Below, in pieces: positions 50,607 through 60,070 of a DNA stretch of 64,000 nt. Origin of the DNA: an uncultured Chlamydiae bacterium. GTDB taxonomy: Bacteria > Chlamydiota > Chlamydiia > Chlamydiales > Parachlamydiaceae. The stretch lies in the NCBI GenBank assembly GCA_963830365.1, contig CAWHMU010000035.1, forward strand, positions 1-64,000, given 5' to 3'. The notes beneath the pieces were generated by a model. The model had not been told where the DNA came from and made no database searches. It saw nothing but the letters and a program-made list of their open reading frames with translations. Position numbers and translations under genes: made by a program. Positions within the stretch are counted from its first letter, which is position 1. The number at the start of each line of letters is the position of its first letter.

Positions 50607-52090
50607 TGGACTAATTCCTTTTGGAGTTCCGTTTGACTTAAAGGCAAATTCCCCATCCGGCCCACCTGACAGGCTGCGGCGATAGAACCTAAATATGCGC
50701 TTTCCCAAATTGTGGCGCCGGCAACCAAAGACATCGAAGCACAGATCAGCAAGCAATCGCCTGCGCCGGCTAAGTCTTTTGGTTCGAGATTAAATGCGGG
50801 CAATTCATCGGTGTGGACATTCGTTGTCCCGTTATTTGGGGAGTAAATAAGCACTCCTTCGGACCCTAGGGTAACTAAGACATGTTTTGCATTTATCTTC
50901 CGCTTCAGCATATCGGCAACTGCTATAAGCCCTGAATGGGGATTGCGAATTGCCAGCCTTGCTTCCCGCTCGGTAGGAGTAATCAGCAACATGTTTTTAA
51001 ACCGCCCGATATCACCAACTTGCGATGAGGATTGACTGTCTGCCACCATAGGAATCCCCCGCTTCAAGCAAAATGCGACGATCTTATTGATCAGGTGCTG
51101 AGGAAGACAGCCGTAACTAAAATCAGAAAAAACAAGTAAATGGGCATTTTCGAGCGCTTTGACTATTTCAGCCATCATTTGCTCTTGCTGCTCGTGGTTC
51201 ATATGATGCTGGCGAAGCTCGGAGACCCTAAGAAGAGTTTTCCCTTGCGTACGAAAACGCTGCTTCAAGGTCGTCGGTCTGCTCTCATCCACAATCAAAC
51301 AGGATTTTACGCCATACTCCTTCAATTTGCCTCTTGCATAATTAGCCGTAGCATCATTGCCGACAACGCTAAAAAAATCCACCTGTGCGCCAAGGCTTTT
51401 GGCATGCGCTGCGACAATGCCAGCTCCCCCTAGAAAAAGATCCCGTTTGATTGGAGTGACAACAATTGTGGGATCTTCCTGCGACATCCCTAATGGATCG
51501 CAATAAACATACTCATCGATGATCAAATCCCCTAAAACAACCACGCTAAGATCGGGGAAATGGCTGACAATGCCTGATAATTTTTTAATATCCGTAGAAT
51601 GGCGTTTCAAATAAGCGATCGGCTTATTGATGGAATGTAAAGGAGGTTTTTGCAATTCTTTCTTCAAATGATTCAAGGAAGAGAACCAAGTCTCGCCAGA
51701 AGCAAAAATCAATTGCCCTCCGTAACTTTCCACTGCCGCCTGTTCGACGTTTGGCTGCAATTCATGCTCTTTTCCCTTAACGACGATGTCAGGTTTTAAA
51801 CCGGCAATAAATTCTTGCACAGGCACTGTCATCACATAGGCAAAATCGACCAGGCCTATCGCTTTGACACTCTCGAGACGCAGCTCCTCTGGAACGAATA
51901 TATCGGGATGACCATCTGGCGTGATCCCGACGATCAAAGAATCTGCGCTTTCGGCCGCAAAATTGAGCAGGCGAATATGGCCTGGATGGACCACATTAAA
52001 ATTCCCTGAAATGAAAGCAATCTTTTTGCCCTTTTTTATCTTGCTTCGAATTTCACTGATCAGAGACGAGGCCTTCTTTTTCACTAGCAT
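50603..52090 (-). CDS. HldE-like bifunctional protein, N-terminal nucleotidyltransferase + C-terminal PfkB kinase
   Basis: SGNFNVVHPGHIRLL, PDIVVKG; GDLIIDEY, GGAGIVA, FSDFSYG, TPTEREA, DLAGAGD. Confidence 0.88.
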   Translation of the reverse strand: MLVKKKASSLISEIRSKIKKGKKIAFISGNFNVVHPGHIRLLNFAAESADSLIVGITPDGHPDIFVPEELRLESVKAIGLVDFAYVMTVPVQEFIAGLKPDIVVKGKEHELQPNVEQAAVESYGGQLIFASGETWFSSLNHLKKELQKPPLHSINKPIAYLKRHSTDIKKLSGIVSHFPDLSVVVLGDLIIDEYVYCDPLGMSQEDPTIVVTPIKRDLFLGGAGIVAAHAKSLGAQVDFFSVVGNDATANYARGKLKEYGVKSCLIVDESRPTTLKQRFRTQGKTLLRVSELRQHHMNHEQQEQMMAEIVKALENAHLLVFSDFSYGCLPQHLINKIVAFCLKRGIPMVADSQSSSQVGDIGRFKNMLLITPTEREARLAIRNPHSGLIAVADMLKRKINAKHVLVTLGSEGVLIYSPNNGTTNVHTDELPAFNLEPKDLAGAGDCLLICASMSLVAGATIWESAYLGSIAAACQVGRMGNLPLSQTELQKELVH

Positions 52091-52102
52091 ACTTTCTCTC
52101 CT

Positions 52103-53155
52103 TTATTTCATGGCGATCAGGCATCGCCCCTTTGTTGTTCCGTCGCGCATCGATTGAATGGCCTGATTGATCTCTTCTAATGGATAAGTTTCGGTGATGA
52201 ACTCCTTCAACTTGATCCGCCCTGCCTGCAGCAAAGTATAATAACGGGGGATGTCGATATGCGGAAGCGCCTCCCCGCCATGAGAACCTGTGATCTGCTT
52301 GCCAAAGTGCAAAGGCAGCGAGTAAATGGAAATATCGTGGCCTTTGGGAGGAACGCCGACCAGGACGACACGCCCTTGAGGCTTTGTCGCATGATATCCC
52401 AGCTTGATGATCTCTGGATTTCCTGTATTGTCGACGAAACAATCGACCCCTTGAGGACCTGCAATCTTTTCGATCGACTGGCCAGCATCCTGGTCCCTCG
52501 TGTTGATCAGATGGGTGGCGCCTGCGGTTTTTGCGAGATGAAGTCGCGCATCAAAACGATCGACGGCGATGATCGGATAAGCAGAAACAAGGCTGGCCGC
52601 TTGAATGATGTTAAGGCCGACCCCGCCCGCACCAAAGACGACGATCGATTCCCCGATTTTTAATTTGGCATTGTTCACGATCACGCCAAAGCCCGTGGTG
52701 ACAGCGCAGCCGAACAATGCGGCCACTTCAAGGTCAGCCTCTTTGGGGATCGGCGTCAAGCGGTTTTCCGAGACAATGGCGTACTCATTAAATGTGGTGA
52801 TGCATCCGGCATTCAAACTTTTTCCGCGCCATTGATAGACAGGGGGCTTGGCCTCGATCCCAAGCCCTTTGCGCCAATGCATGACGACGGTATCGTAGGG
52901 TTTGACATGGGTAACACCGGGTCCGGTCGCGAGAACCTCTCCAGAAGCTTCGTGCCCAAGCAAATGGGGAAGATACTTATCTTCTCCCTTGACACCATCG
53001 ATTTCGCCAAGTTGCGACCCGCAAATGCCGCTGAAATGCACTTTGACAAGCACTTGTCCTACCTGCAAAGACTCGGGCAAACTGATCTCGTCGATGACAA
53101 GCGGAGAGCATTGACTGACGAGGATCGCTGCTTTGATTGTACGTGGTATTTCCAT
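52103..53155 (-). CDS. Zinc-dependent alcohol dehydrogenase (MDR family)
   Basis: GICGSQ, LGHEASG, FGCAVTTG, GAGGVG. Confidence 0.92.
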   Translation of the reverse strand: MEIPRTIKAAILVSQCSPLVIDEISLPESLQVGQVLVKVHFSGICGSQLGEIDGVKGEDKYLPHLLGHEASGEVLATGPGVTHVKPYDTVVMHWRKGLGIEAKPPVYQWRGKSLNAGCITTFNEYAIVSENRLTPIPKEADLEVAALFGCAVTTGFGVIVNNAKLKIGESIVVFGAGGVGLNIIQAASLVSAYPIIAVDRFDARLHLAKTAGATHLINTRDQDAGQSIEKIAGPQGVDCFVDNTGNPEIIKLGYHATKPQGRVVLVGVPPKGHDISIYSLPLHFGKQITGSHGGEALPHIDIPRYYTLLQAGRIKLKEFITETYPLEEINQAIQSMRDGTTKGRCLIAMK

Positions 53156-53160
53156 ATGGC

Positions 53161-53832
53161 CTATTCAAAATAGATTAAGGAGTGATCACCTGAGTAACCC
53201 GTTTGCTTGAACCACCAGTCCCACTCTTCCGGCGTGCAAAAGGCCTCACATGTGACCTGCCAATAGAGGAGATTGGCTTTTTCGCTTTCATTGCGGTAAG
53301 ACTCAACGCAAATGTACTTGTTTTTCTTTCCAACCCGCTCAATTTCTCGCAAGGCATTCTCCAGATCGTAGTTGTGTAAAGTATGCAAGGCATTGATAGA
53401 GATCACCAGATCGAAGAAGTGGTTGGGGTAAGGCAAAGCAATAGCATTGCCCACTTGAAGCCTATCCCTGATCTCTTCTTTTGCATTGGCGATCGCGTAA
53501 TCGGAAACGTCGATCCCCCATAATTCAAGCCCGGGAACAACTTTAGTGAAGTCGTAAAGCAAGAACCCTTTACCGCACCCTACATCGAGAATTTTATCTC
53601 CCGGTTTAAGGCCATAATGATCGGCAAGAGCCTTCGCGACCGTCTCCCAGCGCCCTTCCATATACCTATAACCGCCATAGCAAATGCGTCGGTCCCCATC
53701 CCAATAGTCGAAATCCCACTTCTTTGCCAATTCTGCGGCCTTCGCCTTGGGATAATCGGGGTCATTGACACGGGCTAGATAGTTGCGCTTGGTGCTATTA
53801 TGCACAGCGGACATAAAGTCTTTATAGGCCAT
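53161..53832 (-). CDS. Class I SAM-dependent methyltransferase
   Basis: ILDVGCGKGF, GIDVS, FDLVISIN. Confidence 0.9.
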   Translation of the reverse strand: MAYKDFMSAVHNSTKRNYLARVNDPDYPKAKAAELAKKWDFDYWDGDRRICYGGYRYMEGRWETVAKALADHYGLKPGDKILDVGCGKGFLLYDFTKVVPGLELWGIDVSDYAIANAKEEIRDRLQVGNAIALPYPNHFFDLVISINALHTLHNYDLENALREIERVGKKNKYICVESYRNESEKANLLYWQVTCEAFCTPEEWDWWFKQTGYSGDHSLIYFE

Positions 53833-53904
53833 ATTTTCCCTTTAGATTTTTCATCGCTTGGTGTGGAAGAAAGAGATTAAGTACAATACAGAACCATTGC
53901 CAAA

Positions 53905-54891
53905 TTATTGTTTGTGAACGTAGTCAAAATTTTGAGAACTCAGGACATTGAAATGCTCTCGAACCCACCGGATAGACTCATCGAGTCCCTGATCGAGCGA
54001 AATGAGGTCGCGCCATCCGAGTTCTCTTCTCAACTTGGTGCTGTCGAGATGATAGGAGCTGTCCTTGCCCAGCCGTTCTCCAACCACTTCGACATGGTCT
54101 TCTAACCGCACATCGAGCTTGTGGCAAATCCGCTCGACAAGGTCGTAAATGGAAATCACTTCAGGAGAAGCAATGTGATAGGTATCCCCATTGTTGCCGT
54201 TTAACATAATTCTCCACGTGGCATCGGAGACATCTTTCATGTGAATGAAGTTTCGGGTAGAAGCTCCCCCGCCGTGCAATTGGATCTTGCGCCCGAGCAG
54301 GATAAATAAAATAGTCCGAGGAATGATCCGGTAAAGCTGCTGGCCCGGGCCATACACGTTGGCAGAGCGCGTGGTGATGACAGGAAAGCGATAGGCGGCA
54401 TAAAAAGAGCGCAGGCTCATGTCTGCTGCAGCGCGAGAAACGGCATACGGTGTGCTGGGATTAAAAGGAAAGTCTTCTTTGACATTTCCGGGACAGCTTC
54501 CATATACCTCAGGAGTGGAGACATGGACATAGCGCTTTAAAAAGTCGCTTCTTTTAAGCGCATTATGGAGTGCGATGGTCGATACCGTATTCGTCATGAA
54601 CCAATCCTGCGGACGTTCCCAGCTTTCTGCTACCATGCTCTGCGCAGCAAAATTGACGATGTATTCCGGTCTTTCCTGCTCGATCCAATCGAGGATCTCA
54701 GTCAAATTTTTGTTTAGATCAAGCTGTAGAAAATGAAAACCGTCGTTTGCGCGCCATTTGTACGGCAGAAAGGCTTCGACAGGTTCTCTAGAACGGCTCA
54801 TTCCAGTCACATCGGCCTTTTTTGCAAGGGCGAAATCAACAAAACTTGCGCCTGAAAATGAATTGCTACCGATAACTAGCAGTTTCAGCAT
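53905..54891 (-). CDS. NDP-sugar 4,6-dehydratase (RmlB/Gmd-like extended SDR)
   Basis: GSNSFSG, NFAAQSMV, VSTPEVYG, PSTPYAVSR, NVYGPGQ. Confidence 0.88.
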   Translation of the reverse strand: MLKLLVIGSNSFSGASFVDFALAKKADVTGMSRSREPVEAFLPYKWRANDGFHFLQLDLNKNLTEILDWIEQERPEYIVNFAAQSMVAESWERPQDWFMTNTVSTIALHNALKRSDFLKRYVHVSTPEVYGSCPGNVKEDFPFNPSTPYAVSRAAADMSLRSFYAAYRFPVITTRSANVYGPGQQLYRIIPRTILFILLGRKIQLHGGGASTRNFIHMKDVSDATWRIMLNGNNGDTYHIASPEVISIYDLVERICHKLDVRLEDHVEVVGERLGKDSSYHLDSTKLRRELGWRDLISLDQGLDESIRWVREHFNVLSSQNFDYVHKQ

Positions 54892-55495
54892 GGATGGCCT
54901 CTTCTTTCGTTTCTAATTCAGGCCGATTGCAGTAGAGCCATTGCATCAGCATATGGCCGACGATCATTTGTAAATCTTCGGAAAGCTGCATATCATCGAC
55001 AGCAAAATGGATCGGGACATCAGCCAAGGCCTTGCATGCTCCGCCGGAAAAACCAAGGACGGCATACGATTTGATTTCCATTATTTTTGCCTCTCGGAGG
55101 ACTGCCTGAATGTTTGCAGAATTGCCGCTTCCGGAAAATACGATCAGTAAATCCCCCGATCTTCCAAGGACTGCCAATTGCTTGGCAAAGATTTGCTCAT
55201 AGCTAATATCATTGGCAAGGCATGTGATGACTGCCGGGTTGGCAGAAAGCGCTTGCACCCGCATCCCAAGATGGGAATGACCGCCGATCCCATACAGATA
55301 ATCGTTTGCCAGATGGATAGCATTCGCTGCGCTTCCGCCATTACCGCAAAGGAAAACCTGTCGGTCTCTTTCCCAACATGTATATAAGTCAAAAGCAAGT
55401 TTTTCGACTTTTCCCCAGTCGCTGGCAGCGAGGATAGTCTGCAAACGCCTTGAATAGCGCTGAAAAAAGTGCTGAGGATTCTCTTGATCGTTCAT
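54866..55495 (-). CDS. SIS-domain phosphosugar isomerase (GmhA-like)
   Basis: CGNGGSAANAIH, ANDISYEQIF, SGSGNS, EDLQ; ATG 55495 overlaps the upstream TGA. Confidence 0.9.
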   Translation of the reverse strand: MNDQENPQHFFQRYSRRLQTILAASDWGKVEKLAFDLYTCWERDRQVFLCGNGGSAANAIHLANDYLYGIGGHSHLGMRVQALSANPAVITCLANDISYEQIFAKQLAVLGRSGDLLIVFSGSGNSANIQAVLREAKIMEIKSYAVLGFSGGACKALADVPIHFAVDDMQLSEDLQMIVGHMLMQWLYCNRPELETKEEAIHAETASYR

Positions 55496-56442
55496 GCCGG
55501 TGCTCCCTCCAATACCGCTTGCTTCATCCATTTCAGATTGTAAAAACGATCTTCGTCTTGACAAACCCCCGCTTGGTATTGGGTAGTGATCTCCTGAATG
55601 GCATCTTCTACTTTTTTCTTTGGTTTGAAGCCCGTCGCAAGCAGCTTGTCTGAATTGACTCGATAGCACCTGGGATCATTAGATGGAGTCACAGCAATTT
55701 CAACGGAGACATATTTTGTGACCAATTTTGCGATGTCGAGAATGGATATGTTTTCAAATCCCGCGTTGTAGATTCCCGTGTGTTCTGGATGATCCAGCAA
55801 ATGCAAGTAAAGATCCGTGATATCATCTATATGAATATTGGGCCGGATCTGATCTCCGCCAAACACCGTGATCTTCCCTTTGGAAAGAGCCTGGATAGTC
55901 AGCATGTTCACCGCGACATCGAACCGCATCCTTGGAGAATAGCCGCATACTGTCCCTGGGCGAACGATTTGGACAACCATATCGTCTTGATAGCTCAGAA
56001 CGACGCGCTCGGCAACCATTTTGGTCTTGTTGTATTCAGAAATTGGCTCGAGCTCAATCGTTTCAATCACATCCTCTTCATCTTTCACCCCATAGACGCT
56101 TCCCGAAGAGGCATAGATGAATCGTTTAACTCCTAATCGCTTTGCGCGGTCTGCCAACTGCATGGTCGCAAGGGCGCTCACTTCCCAAGTGAGTTTGGGA
56201 TCCAAATCCCCGCATGGGTCATTGGCGATCGATGCCAAATGGATGATGCAATCCACACCATCTAAAGGAATGCTCTTTACATCGCGCACATCTCCCTTGA
56301 TCACTTCGAGCTTGGGATGCTTGTGCAGAAAATTTCCAAACCATTGTAAGTCAAAAACGATGACCTCATGACCTTGCCTGAGCAACTTAGGCACTAAGAC
56401 ATGGCCTTTGTATCCGCAACCTCCAGTAACAAGTATTTTCAT
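55492..56442 (-). CDS. NAD-dependent epimerase/dehydratase (extended SDR)
   Basis: VTGGCGYKG, HLASIANDP, ASSGSVYG, YNKTK, SPRMRFD. Confidence 0.9.
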   Translation of the reverse strand: MKILVTGGCGYKGHVLVPKLLRQGHEVIVFDLQWFGNFLHKHPKLEVIKGDVRDVKSIPLDGVDCIIHLASIANDPCGDLDPKLTWEVSALATMQLADRAKRLGVKRFIYASSGSVYGVKDEEDVIETIELEPISEYNKTKMVAERVVLSYQDDMVVQIVRPGTVCGYSPRMRFDVAVNMLTIQALSKGKITVFGGDQIRPNIHIDDITDLYLHLLDHPEHTGIYNAGFENISILDIAKLVTKYVSVEIAVTPSNDPRCYRVNSDKLLATGFKPKKKVEDAIQEITTQYQAGVCQDEDRFYNLKWMKQAVLEGAPA

Positions 56443-56488
56443 TCATCCTCCTTGGGGGTAATTTGCAAAACCCCTTATTTTTTTTGGT

Positions 56489-57712
56489 TCAGAGCAAGCC
56501 TAAAATTTCTTCCGTTTGTCTGCAGATGAATTTCGCTATAGATAGGCAAGAAGTCGCCGCAGGAGAGGGAGCGTTGAGGACATGCAGGGAGTTATGTTTC
56601 TTCACGATCGCAAAATCATCCAGCATGGTCCCGTCATTTTTCACTACTTGGGCACGGACACCCGCGCCCCCTTCGATGAAATCTTCCTCTTCTAGCTCGG
56701 GAATGAGGCGCTGAACCTCCTTGACAAACGCTTTTTTGCTCCAAGAACGGAGCATTTCCTTGCATCCAACATCCCAATAGCGGCCTGCCATTTTCCAAAA
56801 ACCCGGATAGCAGAGATAGCGCAGGCAATCCTGAAGATCGAACTGGGATTTTCGATATCCTTCTCTCGCAAAGGCGAGAACGGCATTCGGCCCCGCCACG
56901 ACTTTCCCATCGACCATGCGGCTTAAATGGACTCCCAGAAAAGGTAATTTTGGGTTGGGAACGGGGTAAATCAACCCATTGACGAGATCTCGTTTCTTTT
57001 CGACAAGTTCCCAATATTCTCCCCGAAACGGGATAATCTGGAAGGGGATTTCTTCTTTATTCAAAATCAGTGCAGCTATCCGGTCGGATTGAAGGCCTGC
57101 GCAATTGATCAGATAAGCGGTCCGATAAGTAGAGGTCGATGTCTCTATGATCACTTGTTTGTTTTCAGCAGTAATTGCCTCTGCTTTTTCCCCGAAAAAA
57201 ATCTCCCCACCATTTTTCTTAAATTGCATGAGCAGTTTTTCGACTACATCTTGAAAATTGATCGAATAGCATTCAGGAATCCATAGGGCCTGGATGCCAT
57301 TGGCGTGAGGCTCGATCTCTTTCAGCTGCTCCTTTGCAATCAGTTTCAGCCCTTTTATCCCATGGCTCTGTCCTCTTATCCACAGCTCAGACAAATAGGA
57401 AAGCTCTTTATCTTGCGTCGCGACGATCACTTTTCCCAATTGCTTTAGAGGAATCCCATTTTCCCGGCAAAACTCCAAAAGCTCAACTCTTCCCTTGATG
57501 CAATTTTGAGCCTTTAAAGACCCTGGTTTATAATAAACGCCGGAATGAACCACCCCGCTATTGCGGGTCGATTGGTGAATCCCGCTTTTGTTCTCTTTTT
57601 CCAAAATTGTGATTTTGAGATGGGGAAAAGTCTGTTGCAATCGATAAGCTGTTGCCAGGCCTATAATTCCTGCGCCGATAATCAGAATGTCTGAAGAAAG
57701 ATTGGTTTTCAT
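56489..57712 (-). CDS. lhgO: L-2-hydroxyglutarate oxidase
   Basis: IGAGIIGLA, HQSTRNSGVVHSGVYY, PFRGEY, YPVPNP..PFLGVH, GVRAQ, NAPSPAATS. Confidence 0.92.
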   Translation of the reverse strand: MKTNLSSDILIIGAGIIGLATAYRLQQTFPHLKITILEKENKSGIHQSTRNSGVVHSGVYYKPGSLKAQNCIKGRVELLEFCRENGIPLKQLGKVIVATQDKELSYLSELWIRGQSHGIKGLKLIAKEQLKEIEPHANGIQALWIPECYSINFQDVVEKLLMQFKKNGGEIFFGEKAEAITAENKQVIIETSTSTYRTAYLINCAGLQSDRIAALILNKEEIPFQIIPFRGEYWELVEKKRDLVNGLIYPVPNPKLPFLGVHLSRMVDGKVVAGPNAVLAFAREGYRKSQFDLQDCLRYLCYPGFWKMAGRYWDVGCKEMLRSWSKKAFVKEVQRLIPELEEEDFIEGGAGVRAQVVKNDGTMLDDFAIVKKHNSLHVLNAPSPAATSCLSIAKFICRQTEEILGLL

Positions 57713-57749
57713 ATTGTTTTAAGTGTAATTCTCCACTCTTTGACAACCC

Positions 57750-58532
57750 CTAAAGTTTTAACAAAATTGTTAATTCACCAGACGATCTAAGCATTGAAGT
57801 ATTATTTGGTGGGCCTCTATGGACTAATTTGTCATGAAAAAGTACGCAATAGCCATCAAAATTTGTCAAAGGACACATAAACGCTTTTTCATGATCTTCT
57901 AGCCATGATGGGTGAATCACAGGCTTATACCCATTTTTTGTTAAAACGCGATCTGTAGGTACAATTTGCAAATGGCTACCAGGGACTACTTGCAGGCTAT
58001 TTGTTTTATCGCAACCGAGCAAAGGAACCCAAATCTTCCACCTCTCATCGTAGTCAAAAGAAGAACCAACTTCAGCTGATGTTCCCTTAGCAATCTCCCA
58101 AAATTGATAATCGCAATGGGCAGCTCCTACATCAGGCTTTCCAGGTCTTACGCAGCGCCAAAAGATATCGTAAGAATCTTCGCGCAGCGCGTGATTTTTA
58201 TATCTTTCATCTTTGCACGCATAGTTAACTCCCGTTTGCGTACCCCCAAAATGATCTTTTAAGCTAGCAATCCAGTTAACTGCTAATTCAGCTACTGAAT
58301 CAGGAAATATTCTAAAAGGCTTGTCAAATTTTTTTACAAAATCCTCATCTGTATAGCTCAAAGATATTTCGGTACCTTTTTTTAGTGTTGCAGCCTCATT
58401 CAATCCATCAGTTGGAACTTCCATAAATTGAAAAATGTGGGATTTCATTGCTTTCGCTAATTCACGTGGGAAAGGAAAAATAATATACCCATTTTTTTCC
58501 ATGTCACTTGATTTTCTTATATTTACTGTCAT
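57750..58532 (-). CDS. Putative Fe(II)/2-oxoglutarate (PhyH-like) dioxygenase-fold protein
   Basis: HCD (HxD), IWVPL, LQVVPGSH, LFHDKLVHRG, distal R. Confidence 0.65.
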   Translation of the reverse strand: MTVNIRKSSDMEKNGYIIFPFPRELAKAMKSHIFQFMEVPTDGLNEAATLKKGTEISLSYTDEDFVKKFDKPFRIFPDSVAELAVNWIASLKDHFGGTQTGVNYACKDERYKNHALREDSYDIFWRCVRPGKPDVGAAHCDYQFWEIAKGTSAEVGSSFDYDERWKIWVPLLGCDKTNSLQVVPGSHLQIVPTDRVLTKNGYKPVIHPSWLEDHEKAFMCPLTNFDGYCVLFHDKLVHRGPPNNTSMLRSSGELTILLKL

Positions 58533-58535
58533 GAT

Positions 58536-59357
58536 TCATCCTTGAAGAGGTGACCAGAAATTTTTGTTTCTACGCAATTTATACATATCTGGATCATTTT
58601 CTAATGCTTTTTCTAGCTCACGTGTTCCAAAAGGATCATGGGCAACACTGAAATTTCGTCCTTTTACCCCGTTAGATGGAGTCGTTACAATCCACGTACA
58701 GCAGTCAATTACTCGATCCATATGCACCCAATCTGTTCCTTCAAGCCTAACTTTTGTTTTGTCAAAATTGATCCCAGCTTGATCTCTCCCAGCTTTCAGA
58801 GTCGATTCGTGCATTTTTGTCTTAACCCAACCTGGCCCGACTATAGAAAAATTTGTATCAGAAATTTCTGCATCTAAAAATTCACACATTTTTATTAGCG
58901 CAATTTTCGAAATGGTGTAACTTGAGTAATTGACAACCGCATTGTTCGTTCCCCCTCCAGCAAAGAAAAGGACACTAGGCTTATGATTGTTCTTATTTCT
59001 AACTGGAAGAAGGCTGTGCAAAATACGGATTTGCTGAGTAAAATTGACCTGTAAAGATTGTTCCCATTCTTCAAAATCGACAGTTTCGAAAGGACCAATG
59101 GGATCCAGAGTTCCTGCAGCAAAAACCAATATATCCCATTGACCGCAAATCAATTTCAGCTGATTGCAGACGTTTTGAACAGATGAAATAGAAGCTAGAT
59201 CACATGGGACCAATGTGATTCCATACTCATGTTCTAATGTTGCCACTGCGGAAGAGTGAGAGCGGTATGTCCCAAATACCTTCCATCCCTTTTTAGCCCA
59301 TGATTTACAAAGCTCTTCCCCTATACCAGAAGTAGCAGACACAATAATGACTTTCAA
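58536..59357 (-). CDS. Short-chain dehydrogenase/reductase
   Basis: SATSGIG, CDL, YTISK (YxxxK), GPGWVKT. Confidence 0.88.
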   Translation of the reverse strand: MKVIIVSATSGIGEELCKSWAKKGWKVFGTYRSHSSAVATLEHEYGITLVPCDLASISSVQNVCNQLKLICGQWDILVFAAGTLDPIGPFETVDFEEWEQSLQVNFTQQIRILHSLLPVRNKNNHKPSVLFFAGGGTNNAVVNYSSYTISKIALIKMCEFLDAEISDTNFSIVGPGWVKTKMHESTLKAGRDQAGINFDKTKVRLEGTDWVHMDRVIDCCTWIVTTPSNGVKGRNFSVAHDPFGTRELEKALENDPDMYKLRRNKNFWSPLQG

Positions 59358-60049
59358 ATCTTTAAGCCTCTTTTTTCAGTTCCAACCGACCAAATATAGT
59401 GACACATTGCATGATAGCCTATGTGAAGGACCTCATCATTCATCCCGAACATAAACGCATGCTTAAAATATTTTGAGGTTAATTCCCTAAGAGTTTGCTG
59501 ACTCTTAAGATTAATGTGCTGCACTTCACTTCTTTTGCTTGCATACGGACTTGCTGTAATATTTGGCGTGCCAGTGATTAATACCGATGAAGGTTTTAAA
59601 AATGCACAAATGTTTTGCATGAACTGAGCTTCTAAAGAGGGGTCTACATGTTCGATGACATCGATAGAATAGGCGGCATCTGCCTGTATTTTTAGAGTGT
59701 TTTTATTCAGATCGATATGTTCATAAGTCACATTTTTCAAGTGTTTTAGTCTTTTTGCGCACCCCTCCAAGTTACGCTCGTCCCAATCAATACAGTGAAG
59801 GTGTTTCACAGCATTGGCCATAATAGGCACGCCAAATCCATCTCCGCACCCGATTTCTACAACTGTATCAGTGCCTTCCAACATTTTTGCACAAAATTTA
59901 TATCGTGCTAAGACAAAGGTTAGATGTTTCGGATCATGGATATAACTATATGACGTCCATGGTCCTAATAAAAGCTCTTCACATGAAAATTGTTCATCAG
60001 TTCCTTCCTGGTAGCAGTCCCAAGCTGTGGTTAATTTATCTTTTAACAT
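59354..60049 (-). CDS. Class I SAM-dependent methyltransferase
   Basis: LARYKF, VEIGCGDGFG, IDVIEHV, GTPN. Confidence 0.88.
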   Translation of the reverse strand: MLKDKLTTAWDCYQEGTDEQFSCEELLLGPWTSYSYIHDPKHLTFVLARYKFCAKMLEGTDTVVEIGCGDGFGVPIMANAVKHLHCIDWDERNLEGCAKRLKHLKNVTYEHIDLNKNTLKIQADAAYSIDVIEHVDPSLEAQFMQNICAFLKPSSVLITGTPNITASPYASKRSEVQHINLKSQQTLRELTSKYFKHAFMFGMNDEVLHIGYHAMCHYIWSVGTEKRGLKI

Positions 60050-60070
60050 TCTTAATACCTTCCCTTAAAT

